Below, one piece after another: positions 36,318 through 45,431 of a DNA stretch of 64,000 nucleotides. Numbering within the stretch: position 1 is the first letter of the stretch; the number at the start of each line of letters is the position of its first letter. The position numbers and the translations under genes were made by a program. The DNA comes from Bacteroidota bacterium (GTDB lineage: Bacteria; Bacteroidota; Bacteroidia; Cytophagales; UBA9547). The notes beneath the pieces are model-generated. The model had not been told where the DNA came from and did not search any database. It saw only the letters and a list, made by a program, of their open reading frames with translations. The DNA lies in assembly GCA_033763735.1 (NCBI GenBank), contig JANRJY010000025.1:9917-73916 (forward strand), read 5' to 3'.

Positions 36318-37559
36318 ATGTATAAAGAAGTTAATGTTTGCCGAATTTGCGGTAACACAAAATTTGAACCTATAGTTTCTCTTGGTGTCCAATCACTTAC
36401 CGGTGTTTTTCCAAAATCTATTGACGATAAAGTTGATAAAGGTCCCCTTGATTTAGTACAATGTAAAGGAGATAATTCATGTGGATTAGTACAATTAAAA
36501 CATTCTTTTAGTCATGAAGAAATGTATGGAATGAATTATGGGTATAGATCAGGGCTAAACAAATCTATGGTTATGCATTTGTCCTCAATAACAAAGAAAG
36601 TTTCTCAAATTATTGAATTAAAAGACAATGATGTAATAATTGATATTGGAAGCAATGATTCAACCTTATTGCAATCATATGCCCAGGTAACAAAGGCAAA
36701 ACTTAATTTAATAGGAATTGACCCAACCGGAATCAAGTTTAAAAAGTATTACCCTGAAAATATTAATTTGATTGCTGACTTTTTTTCTGCAAATATCTTT
36801 AAAAAGGCTTATCCAAACAAAAAAGCTAAAGTTGTTTCTTCAATTGCAATGTTTTACGATTTAGAAGACCCTACTTCATTTATGGAGGACATTTATAATG
36901 TGTTATCTGACGATGGAATTTGGATATTTGAACAAAGCTATCTTTTAACCATGTTGGAAGTCAATGCATATGACACAATTTGTCATGAACATATCGAATA
37001 TTATGCAATAAGACAAATTGAATGGATGGCTAAAAAAGTTGGTTTCAAGCTTGTTGATATTATCTTAAATGATATCAATGGAGGAAGTTTTCAAATAATT
37101 TGCACAAAGGCTATAAATAATAATATTAAATCAAGCAGTAATTTGGACAAATTAATAATCAATGAGAATGACAACCTTCATAAACTTTTGATTAATTATA
37201 AAATACAGGTTGAAAATCATCGTAATGAATTAATAAAATTATTAACCAAACTTAAAACTGAAGGCAAAAAAGTATTTGGTTATGGGGCCTCCACAAAGGG
37301 AAATGTTATATTACAATATTGCGGCATTGATAAAAATTTGATGCCTTACATCGCAGAAGTAAATGAAGATAAGTTTGGATCTTTTACACCAGGCACTCTA
37401 ATTCCAATTATCTCTGAAAATGAAGCAAGAGCATTAAAACCGGATTATTTCCTGGTTTTACCTTGGCATTTTAGAGCAGGCATTTTAGAAAGAGAAAAAG
37501 AGTTTTTAAAAAATGGAGGTAAATTCATTTTTCCATTGCCAAAAATTGAAATAGTTTGA
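36318..37559 (+). CDS. Zinc-ribbon SAM-dependent methyltransferase of the NDP-hexose C-methyltransferase (TylCIII-like) architecture
   Basis: N-terminal CRIC...C....C Cys cluster, a class I SAM fold (VIIDIGSNDSTLL), and a C-terminal domain (VFGYGASTKGNVILQYCG...YFLVLPWHF) typical of Methyltransf_13/14-type enzymes. Confidence 0.6.
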   Translation: MYKEVNVCRICGNTKFEPIVSLGVQSLTGVFPKSIDDKVDKGPLDLVQCKGDNSCGLVQLKHSFSHEEMYGMNYGYRSGLNKSMVMHLSSITKKVSQIIELKDNDVIIDIGSNDSTLLQSYAQVTKAKLNLIGIDPTGIKFKKYYPENINLIADFFSANIFKKAYPNKKAKVVSSIAMFYDLEDPTSFMEDIYNVLSDDGIWIFEQSYLLTMLEVNAYDTICHEHIEYYAIRQIEWMAKKVGFKLVDIILNDINGGSFQIICTKAINNNIKSSSNLDKLIINENDNLHKLLINYKIQVENHRNELIKLLTKLKTEGKKVFGYGASTKGNVILQYCGIDKNLMPYIAEVNEDKFGSFTPGTLIPIISENEARALKPDYFLVLPWHFRAGILEREKEFLKNGGKFIFPLPKIEIV

Positions 37560-38509
37560 TGAGAAAAACTGCTTTAATTGTTGGATTTACTGGACAAGAT
37601 GGTCAAATTCTATGGAAGTATCTTGAAAATTTAGGTTACAATTTAATAGGTATTTCAACAAACAAAATAATTTCGAACTATTATAGTCTAAATCACTCTA
37701 ATTTTAATATAAGTTCTGAATCAGATATTAAATCATTGATTTCAACTATATATATTGATGAAATATACTTTCTTGCAGCTGTGCACCAATCTTCTACTGA
37801 CGTACTTGATAACGAATTAGATTATTTTAGGAAAAGTAATGAAGTAAATTTTGTATCTCCAAGTACAATTCTTTCTTGTATTTTTAACTATTCAAAAAAG
37901 ACCAAATTTTTTTATGCTTCATCTTCTCACATTTTTAGAGGCTCAGTACAAACGCCACAAAATGAAGAAACAAAACCAGTTCCGTTGTGTATATACGGAA
38001 TTACAAAAACTTCTGGTACTTATATTACTCAGTACTTTGCAAATAAAGGTGTATTTGCTTCTGTGGGAATCTTATATAATCACGAGTCAATTTTTAGAGA
38101 TCGAAAATTCGTTTCACAAAAAATTATAAAAGGAGCAGTTGCAATCAAAAAAGGACTTTTAGATTCATTAACTTTGGGCTCATTGGATGCTAAAATTGAT
38201 TGGGGTTATGCACCTGATTTTGTAAAGGCTTATCATATGATCTTAAATATTTCAAAGCCAGATACTTTTATTATAAGTACATATAAGCTGACATCTATTG
38301 CTGATTTTGTAGAAGAAACCTTTAATCAGCTCGGACTGGACTGGAGAAAATATATTAAAATTGACAGTGAAATCATAAAGAAAGGCTTACAAAACAATCT
38401 TTTAGGAGATCATTCTAAGCTAAAAAATATGACTGGATGGTATCCTGAAACCACTTTTTCTGAAATGATTAAAATATTATTAGATTATGAACTTAGCAAC
38501 AATGGATAA
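37556..38509 (+). CDS. Gmd-family extended SDR (GDP-sugar 4,6-dehydratase/reductase-like)
   Basis: ALIVGFTGQDGQILWKYL (GxTGQDG), YGITK (YxxxK) and LYNHESIFRDRKFVSQKI. The usual T-S-E catalytic segment reads SSSHIF. The start overlaps the upstream stop (ATGA). Confidence 0.6.
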   Translation: MMRKTALIVGFTGQDGQILWKYLENLGYNLIGISTNKIISNYYSLNHSNFNISSESDIKSLISTIYIDEIYFLAAVHQSSTDVLDNELDYFRKSNEVNFVSPSTILSCIFNYSKKTKFFYASSSHIFRGSVQTPQNEETKPVPLCIYGITKTSGTYITQYFANKGVFASVGILYNHESIFRDRKFVSQKIIKGAVAIKKGLLDSLTLGSLDAKIDWGYAPDFVKAYHMILNISKPDTFIISTYKLTSIADFVEETFNQLGLDWRKYIKIDSEIIKKGLQNNLLGDHSKLKNMTGWYPETTFSEMIKILLDYELSNNG

Positions 38510-39242
38510 TTTATCAGAAATTCTTGTAGCAATTCCAACATATAATGAAGCTGAAAATGTCAAAAAATTATTTGAACAAATTTTTAAACTCAATTTCAAG
38601 AAAGATATTTTGTTTTTGGATGACAACTCTCCGGATGGAACAGGTGAAATAATTAAAATGATCCAATCAGAAAATAAAAATGTTTTTGCTATACATAGAA
38701 TAGGTAAGCTTGGAATTGGTAGTGCTCATCAAGAAATCATTAATTTTGCATATCAAAAAGGATATAAAATTCTTGTTACAATGGATTGTGATTTTACACA
38801 TTCCCCATCATCAATAATTGACTTCATTAATAACTCCGACAATTATGATGTAGTAGTAGGTTCAAGATATATGAAAAAAGATAGTCTCAAGGACTGGAAT
38901 CTAATCCGAAAATTTTTAACCAATTTTGGCCATATACTAACAAAGTATGTTTTAAATTTGAAAGAAGATGCAACAGGAGCCTTTCGATTATACAAATTAA
39001 ATAATATTCCAAAGCAACTTTTCTCATTAGTTGAGTCAAAAAGCTATTCTTTTTTCTTTGAAAGTCTGTTTATTATTTCCTTCAATAAATTTAAAATAAA
39101 AGAAATACCTATAGATTTGCCTTCACGTACTTATGGAAATTCAAAAATGGAAATAAAAGATGTTATTAAGAGTTTAAAATATTTGTATTTATTATTAATG
39201 AGAAAATATTTTAACAGGCAGTCCTTAATAATCAAGAATTAA
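38502..39242 (+). CDS. GT2 polyprenol-phosphate glycosyltransferase (DPM1/ArnC-like)
   Basis: ILVAIPTYNEAENV, FLDDNSPDGTGEII, VTMDCDFTH and VVVGSRYM match the dolichyl/undecaprenyl-phosphate sugar synthase layout. An alternative start lies at 38487. Confidence 0.65.
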   Translation: MDNLSEILVAIPTYNEAENVKKLFEQIFKLNFKKDILFLDDNSPDGTGEIIKMIQSENKNVFAIHRIGKLGIGSAHQEIINFAYQKGYKILVTMDCDFTHSPSSIIDFINNSDNYDVVVGSRYMKKDSLKDWNLIRKFLTNFGHILTKYVLNLKEDATGAFRLYKLNNIPKQLFSLVESKSYSFFFESLFIISFNKFKIKEIPIDLPSRTYGNSKMEIKDVIKSLKYLYLLLMRKYFNRQSLIIKN

Positions 39243-39243
39243 T

Positions 39244-39927
39244 ATGGCACTAACTTACGAACAAATAGAACAAGATTGGGAGATTTACTGGGGAGCTCAA
39301 GGTAAACCCACCAGTAAAACATATGATTTAATCGCAGAGTTTTACAGAAGAAATATTATTATTAAAATTCTGAATCATTTCTTAAAAAAACATTATAAAG
39401 AGCATGAAAATGTTTTGCATGCCGGATGCGGAAGTGGACAAGTTGATTTAGATGCTAATATTTACTTGAATATTACAGCTCTTGACATATCATCAAAAGC
39501 GCTTGAAATTTACAAAAAAGTTAATCCTTCTAATAAAAAAACAGTAAAGGGAACAATTTTTGATTTGCCGTTTGAAGACAACTCTTTTGATGGAATTTAT
39601 AACCTTGGAGTTATGGAACACTTTACTGAAGAAGAAATTCAACTGATCTTGAAAGAATTCAAAAGAGTAGTCAAAAAAGAAGGTAAGATTATTTTATTCT
39701 GGCCTCCTACCCGTGGAATCACTGTTAATTTCTTAGACTCAGTACATTTTATTTGTAATAAGATATTTCAAATGAATGTTAAACTCCATCCCGATGAGAT
39801 TACAAGAATCAGATCCAAAAAACATGCTCAAGAAATTATCGAAAAATCTGGAATGAATTTGATTGACTATTATTTTGGCATTAAAGATATATTCACTCAA
39901 GCAGTTATAGTTGCTCAAAAAAAATAG
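39244..39927 (+). CDS. Class I SAM-dependent methyltransferase
   Basis: VLHAGCGSGQVDL (motif I), DGIYNLGVMEHF and GKIILFWP. Confidence 0.7.
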   Translation: MALTYEQIEQDWEIYWGAQGKPTSKTYDLIAEFYRRNIIIKILNHFLKKHYKEHENVLHAGCGSGQVDLDANIYLNITALDISSKALEIYKKVNPSNKKTVKGTIFDLPFEDNSFDGIYNLGVMEHFTEEEIQLILKEFKRVVKKEGKIILFWPPTRGITVNFLDSVHFICNKIFQMNVKLHPDEITRIRSKKHAQEIIEKSGMNLIDYYFGIKDIFTQAVIVAQKK

Positions 39928-39935
39928 GCTTTGTT

Positions 39936-41717
39936 ATGAATTTGGACAAAAAAAATAAACTAAGCAATATACTTCCTTCTGTATTTGTTGCAATAGTAAT
40001 AATTAGTTTCAGCTTTAGTTTGTTTAAGAATATTTCTTACCCATTGCTTTGGAATGATGAAACTGATGCAGCTATGTGGTCAACCAGAATAATGGAGTTT
40101 GGCTATCCTAAAGTTCATGATGGTAAAAACAAAGTATTTTTAGTATATGCCCCAAATATGAAAATGGGCTATAAAAAGGAACATGATGCATATATTTATA
40201 TAACTTGGGGTGGGTATTATTTTGCGGTAATTGGAGAATTTCTTTCAAAATTTACAAACGACATTTATGTTAAAACGGCTTTAATGCGCATTCCTTTCGC
40301 TTTGGCCGGTTTTATTGGTATTATTTTGATGGTGTTATCGATCAAAGACTTTTTCCTCCAAAATCGAACATTACTTTGGTTAGCAATCATATTTGGTATT
40401 TTTGAAATTTTATCCATATCACTTGTATTACACATGCGAGAAGTACGATATTTTTCTTTAGTAATCTTTTTTACAGGAATATTGTTTTTTATATTTTTTA
40501 GGTTTCAGCTTCTTAATAAAATGTCATTAATCGCTTATAGTATTGCAATGACTATCTTGTTATTCTTAACATTCAATACTAATTTTATAGTTTTTGCAAT
40601 TTTTGTTGGAACAATTGGATTTTATCAATTCATTTTATTTTTATTTCAATTTAAAAATGGTAAATCATTTGACAAAAAATCAGGTAATACTGAATCATGG
40701 AAAGTCAGAATCATAAATCTATTTATTCAATATATACCTTTGTTTATTTCTATATTGTTGGCAATTCCACTGATTTCTTATTTTGAAATAATTGAATCAT
40801 CTGCTGAATTGTCAAAATTCAAAAATTTCAATTTAAATCTTTATTTTTCAAATCTTTCAAGTGTGTTAAAATACTTTACTAAACTTGAATATCTATATCT
40901 GGCAATCGTTGTCAAAATTATTCTTTTATTAACTTTTTTAACCGTAAAAAAATCTATATCCGAAAAACCAACCAAAAACAAAGAAAATGAAATTGTAATT
41001 ACTAAAATTCCATTTACAATCAATTATAAAATAATGGTTTCAAATTTTATGTTATTATTTATTTTAATTTATGCGCTTATTAATTGTCGATTACCATATT
41101 TTTATGTGCGCCATTTTATTGTATTACAACCTGTAATGTCACTTATGATGGTATTGGATATTTTTATTGTTTTTCAAATTTTTAATGAAAATGTTAAAAA
41201 AACCAGTATAACTTTTTCAAAAGCACTAATTTCTTTTGTCATTATTATTGCGTTTGCAGTTAACACAGGTAACAAATTAAAATATATTAATTTGCACTTA
41301 TATGAACTAACTCATCAATATAAAGGAGTGCTTGATTATATTATTCCCTATATTAAGGAAAACTATAAAAACCCTGAGAAACTAACAATTGCTACGAATT
41401 ATGAAGAATTAGCTTATATGTTTTACTTAAAATCTAAAACTACAATAGGTTTTATTAAAAATAATTTAGAAGAAGACAAAAAATATCAACCTGATATTAT
41501 TATTTACAGAAGAGGTTGGGGTTGGCAAAATGACCAAAATATTTTTAATGATTTCTTTCAAAAAGCCAAATACAAACCCATACAATTTCCGGTAGTGGAT
41601 TTCTATGTGAATAATATGCCAGAAATAAATGAAAAAGATCCGGTTACACATCAGTTTAAGACATTAACAACGAATGACCCTAATCAGATGATGACAATAT
41701 ATGTTAAAGAAGATTAA
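39936..41717 (+). CDS. Polytopic GT-C glycosyltransferase, ArnT/PMT_2 (GT39/83)-like
   Basis: 593 aa. TM1 is followed by YPLLWNDETDAAMWSTRIMEFGYP (DE...A..S..M..G as in ArnT-type enzymes), many TM helices, and a ~130-aa C-terminal soluble region. Confidence 0.55.
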   Translation: MNLDKKNKLSNILPSVFVAIVIISFSFSLFKNISYPLLWNDETDAAMWSTRIMEFGYPKVHDGKNKVFLVYAPNMKMGYKKEHDAYIYITWGGYYFAVIGEFLSKFTNDIYVKTALMRIPFALAGFIGIILMVLSIKDFFLQNRTLLWLAIIFGIFEILSISLVLHMREVRYFSLVIFFTGILFFIFFRFQLLNKMSLIAYSIAMTILLFLTFNTNFIVFAIFVGTIGFYQFILFLFQFKNGKSFDKKSGNTESWKVRIINLFIQYIPLFISILLAIPLISYFEIIESSAELSKFKNFNLNLYFSNLSSVLKYFTKLEYLYLAIVVKIILLLTFLTVKKSISEKPTKNKENEIVITKIPFTINYKIMVSNFMLLFILIYALINCRLPYFYVRHFIVLQPVMSLMMVLDIFIVFQIFNENVKKTSITFSKALISFVIIIAFAVNTGNKLKYINLHLYELTHQYKGVLDYIIPYIKENYKNPEKLTIATNYEELAYMFYLKSKTTIGFIKNNLEEDKKYQPDIIIYRRGWGWQNDQNIFNDFFQKAKYKPIQFPVVDFYVNNMPEINEKDPVTHQFKTLTTNDPNQMMTIYVKED

Positions 41718-41729
41718 TTATTAAAACAA

Positions 41730-43736
41730 ATGTCTTCGATTAAAAAAAAAGATACTAAAATTATTTCAATAGAGAATGCGAAACCTGAATTGAAGGGTAA
41801 TCTTATAATATTTGACCGTAAAGTCAAAATATTCATTTCTGTTTGCTTCATCGCATTTTTTATATGTGTTTTATTTAAATTACATGGATCTTCAATAGGG
41901 ATTTGGGATTCAATAACAGGAAATACAAGTCTTAAAAATAAAAGCGTAATCTTAGGAACACCAAAAAGTATTCGCTCAGATGAATGGCTTGTTCAGACTC
42001 CTTTTTTAATTTCTCAATTTAACAGAAAATTTTCAAATGAAAACGAATCATGGGGCGCATATAATTCACCTGTGGCAATGGGTGGCCCCGCAAATGATTT
42101 AACATCACATATTAAATTAAATTACCTTGGGTTTTATTTATTTAACATTGAGTACGGTTATTCCTTTTATTGGAATTTTAAAATTTATTTTCTCTTAATA
42201 TCCTCATTTCTGCTTTTTATGTTGCTTACTAAAAACAACTTTTGGTTGAGCATTTTTGGCTCTTTTTGGCTTTATTTGTCGAGTGGAGTTCAATGGTGGT
42301 TTTCAACAAGTCTGCCGGAAATGCTTATTTCTTTATGTATCATTACGACTTCTTTATTATATTTATCCTATGCAAAAAATCTTTTTCACATTATAATATC
42401 CTCTGTTTCAATACTCTTGTTTTCTTGGGTTCTTGTTTTTCATATTTATCCTCCTTTTCAATTATTAACTTTTTATACTATCGTAGTTTTATTCTTGGTT
42501 TTACTTTTAATGTATTGGGATAAAATTCTTTTTCGCAAAAATATTTATCTAAAAATATGTATATGTCTCGTTATTTTATCAATTGATATTTTATTGATTT
42601 ACTTTTTTTATATCGATACCAAACAAACTATTGAAATTGTTCAACAAACTATTTACCCAGGTCAAAGATTAGTTGATCATGCAAACTTTACCTGGTCAAG
42701 ATTTTTTGTCAATTTTTTTGATGTATTCTTAAATGAAACAAAGTTTCCTAACTTAAATGTTTGGTACAATATTTGTGAAAGTAGTGGATTTTTAATGCTT
42801 TTTCCTTTTATTATTCCTGCAATAGTATTTCAACAAATCAGAAAAAAAGCTATTGATTACACTTATACTATCATTTTATCATTAATTTTTTTGCTTACGT
42901 TTAGTTGCTTTGTTGAATTACCTGATTTTTTATATAAAATAACTTTATTAAGCATGATTTCATCCGTAAGATGCCATCTTTTTGTTGGATTTTTAAGTTT
43001 AGTTCTAACGATTTACTTTTTAAATGACATTTCTAAGAATTCAAAATTTACAAATCTGGAAAGGGTAATAACCATATCAATTGCTGCTTTAATTTATCTC
43101 TCAATTTATTTAAATATTAAAGAAATTTTGGATCAGTATATCACTGGAAATCAATTTATTATTGCTTTAATATTAATTTTAATTCTGACTAGTCTGACTT
43201 TGTTTAATTTTAAATTCAGAGAATTAGTTTTTGTTGGCATAATAATCTTATTCCTTTCTTCTAATTTATTGGTTAATCCAATAACCAAAGGTCTTGGCCC
43301 CATATTAAATAATCCGCTCTATAAACAAGTGAAAAATTTAAATAATCAAAATTCGAAATGGGTTGTGTTCGGACAAATGACTTTTTCAAATTTTATCAAA
43401 ACTACCGGTGCAAAAGTGATAAGTGGCGTAAATTATACTCCTGAGAAAGAAAAGTTAGATATTCTAGATTCAAAAAATCAATTTCAGCACATACACAATA
43501 GATATGCTCATATTTCATTTTATCCTTTTATTAACGGAACTGATTCTGTAGCTTTTGTTTACGATGGGAATAAATTTACAGATTCTTATACTATAGCCAT
43601 GGACCCTTGTTCTCCAAAACTAAAAGCATTAGGGGTACAATATTATTTTTTTACTTATCAACCACAACCAGCAGAAGTAAGGTGTCTTGATTTGGTAGAC
43701 CAAAATCCATTTCCAATATACAAACTAAAAGACTAA
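41730..43736 (+). CDS. Large polytopic membrane protein with C-terminal soluble domain; paralog of 34291..36315
   Basis: 668 aa. Shares with 34291: GSSIxxW, KSVIxGxPxxIRxDEWxVxTP, LTKNNFxLSxFGxFWxYLSxxxQWWFST, YPP, TxYPGxR, LPxFLYKIxLL, VNPIxxGLxPIxxNPLY, TGAKVIxGVNY, NRYAHIxxYPFIN and FTYxPQPxEVR. Confidence 0.5.
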   Translation: MSSIKKKDTKIISIENAKPELKGNLIIFDRKVKIFISVCFIAFFICVLFKLHGSSIGIWDSITGNTSLKNKSVILGTPKSIRSDEWLVQTPFLISQFNRKFSNENESWGAYNSPVAMGGPANDLTSHIKLNYLGFYLFNIEYGYSFYWNFKIYFLLISSFLLFMLLTKNNFWLSIFGSFWLYLSSGVQWWFSTSLPEMLISLCIITTSLLYLSYAKNLFHIIISSVSILLFSWVLVFHIYPPFQLLTFYTIVVLFLVLLLMYWDKILFRKNIYLKICICLVILSIDILLIYFFYIDTKQTIEIVQQTIYPGQRLVDHANFTWSRFFVNFFDVFLNETKFPNLNVWYNICESSGFLMLFPFIIPAIVFQQIRKKAIDYTYTIILSLIFLLTFSCFVELPDFLYKITLLSMISSVRCHLFVGFLSLVLTIYFLNDISKNSKFTNLERVITISIAALIYLSIYLNIKEILDQYITGNQFIIALILILILTSLTLFNFKFRELVFVGIIILFLSSNLLVNPITKGLGPILNNPLYKQVKNLNNQNSKWVVFGQMTFSNFIKTTGAKVISGVNYTPEKEKLDILDSKNQFQHIHNRYAHISFYPFINGTDSVAFVYDGNKFTDSYTIAMDPCSPKLKALGVQYYFFTYQPQPAEVRCLDLVDQNPFPIYKLKD

Positions 43737-43741
43737 CTTAA

Positions 43742-44674
43742 GTGAATATTGCTGTAATTATACCTTGTTATAAAGTAGAAAATCATATTGAAAATGTTAT
43801 TAATACATTACCCAGTATAATAACTTATATTATTGTAGTTAATGATTGTTCTCCTGACAATACTAAATTGATTCTTAATAAAATAGGTACAACAAATAAT
43901 AAAGTTATTTACTTAGAACATACGCAGAATCAAGGTGTAGGGGGGGCAATGAAAACAGGGTTTGTAAAAGCCTTAGAACTTAATGCTGATATTATTATTA
44001 AACTTGACGGGGATGGTCAAATGAACCCAAAATATATTCCAGAATTTATTAAACCAATTATCGAAGGGAAAGCAGATTTTACCAAAGGGAATAGGTTCAG
44101 AAATTACCGAACCATTCAAAGAATGCCTATTATAAGACGCATTGGAAATTTAGGATTGAGCTTTTTAACAAAAGCAGCCTCAGGTTATTGGAATATTTTT
44201 GATCCTACGAACGGTTATTTCGCTATGAATATAACCACACTTAAGCTAATAAATCTTGAAACGCTTCATAACCGTTATTTTTTTGAAAGTTCGTTGTTAA
44301 TTGAAATGTATCATAGTGATACAGTTATTCAAGATATTCCTATCGATGCTCAGTATGGAGAGGAGATTTCAAATTTGTCTGTAACAAAAACATTATTTGA
44401 ATTCCCACCAAAATTATTCTTAGCTTTCATTAAAAGAATTTTATTCAAATATTTTCTATATGATTTTAATATAGCTTCAATTTATATAATGTTAGGTTTT
44501 CCAATATTTACATTGGGTGCTTGGTATGGTTTAATCAATTATATTAAATACACTCATTTACATATTGTAGCTCCGACCGGTACTGTAGTTATTCCAACTT
44601 TGCTCATTACTTTGGGATTTCAGTTAATACTTTCAGCAGTTAATTTTGATGTATCCAATTATCCAAAAAAATAA
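43742..44674 (+). CDS. GT2 bactoprenol-phosphate glycosyltransferase (GtrB/ArnC-like) with C-terminal TM helices
   Basis: GTG start. IAVIIPCYKVENHI, VVNDCSPDNT, KLDGDGQMNP, and two C-terminal hydrophobic helices (IYIMLGFPIFTLGAWYGLI, VVIPTLLITLGFQLILSAV). Confidence 0.7.
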   Translation: MNIAVIIPCYKVENHIENVINTLPSIITYIIVVNDCSPDNTKLILNKIGTTNNKVIYLEHTQNQGVGGAMKTGFVKALELNADIIIKLDGDGQMNPKYIPEFIKPIIEGKADFTKGNRFRNYRTIQRMPIIRRIGNLGLSFLTKAASGYWNIFDPTNGYFAMNITTLKLINLETLHNRYFFESSLLIEMYHSDTVIQDIPIDAQYGEEISNLSVTKTLFEFPPKLFLAFIKRILFKYFLYDFNIASIYIMLGFPIFTLGAWYGLINYIKYTHLHIVAPTGTVVIPTLLITLGFQLILSAVNFDVSNYPKK

Positions 44675-44711
44675 TAAAGTAATTATTTAAAACTTTACCA
44701 AATTGAATAAA

Positions 44712-45422
44712 ATGGAAATATCTGATTTACCGGTATTATTATTAGCAGGGGGTAAAGGAACCAGAATACAACATTTACTCAATGATTTACCAAAGCCGAT
44801 GTATCCTGTATTCAACAGACCATTTTTGGACTATCAAATTGATTATTTGTTAAAATTTGGGTTTCAAAATTTTTATATTTCTACTGGTTATCAAGGTCAT
44901 GTAATTGCAAACTATTACCGAAATAATAAAAATATCAATATAATTCACGAGACTCAGCCACTTGGCACTGGAGGAGGCATTTTATTTGCGATGTCAAAAA
45001 TCAAAGAGCCTAATGTAATTGTTCTAAATGGTGACACACTTTATTTATTAGATTTTTTTTCTTTTGTCAATCATGCATTAAACAACCCATTACACACATG
45101 TATAGCTTTGAAAACTGTTGTTGACTCCACTAGATACGGTACAGTAATATTAGATAACTTTAATAAAATAACCCATTTTATTGAAAAAGGGAAAAGCAAC
45201 ACCGGACCTGGATTAATTAATGCGGGAATATATTATTTGAACAAGCAACAAATCTTAAATTATAGTTTTCCTGAAATATGCAGTATTGAAGAAACCATTT
45301 TTCCCAAAATAATAGAATCAGGTATTTATGGATTTAAGGCTCATAATGAATTTATTGATATTGGCACCCCAGAAACATTACATGAAATAGAAAATTTTGT
45401 CAAAGTAAACAACCTAATATAG
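44712..45422 (+). CDS. hddC: Sugar-1-phosphate nucleotidylyltransferase, D-glycero-alpha-D-manno-heptose-1-phosphate guanylyltransferase-like
   Basis: LLAGGKGTRIQHLLNDLPKPM (GxGTR), LGTGGGI and LNGDT, with a size of about 236 aa. The track ORF uses a TTG at 44703. Specificity is inferred from the neighbouring hddA/gmhA. Confidence 0.6.
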   Translation: MEISDLPVLLLAGGKGTRIQHLLNDLPKPMYPVFNRPFLDYQIDYLLKFGFQNFYISTGYQGHVIANYYRNNKNINIIHETQPLGTGGGILFAMSKIKEPNVIVLNGDTLYLLDFFSFVNHALNNPLHTCIALKTVVDSTRYGTVILDNFNKITHFIEKGKSNTGPGLINAGIYYLNKQQILNYSFPEICSIEETIFPKIIESGIYGFKAHNEFIDIGTPETLHEIENFVKVNNLI

Positions 45423-45431
45423 TAATTTTAA

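Noticed and set aside
39917-41750. Homopolymeric A8/A8/A9 tracts at 39917-39924, 39948-39955 and 41742-41750, near the 5' ends of two GT-C-like genes, considered as phase-variation switches
   Set aside because: Runs of equal length occur in essential genes of the same window, for example T9 at 16732-16740 inside alaS and T8 at 45053-45060. In this AT-rich genome they are not evidence of slipped-strand regulation without population-level length variation data.
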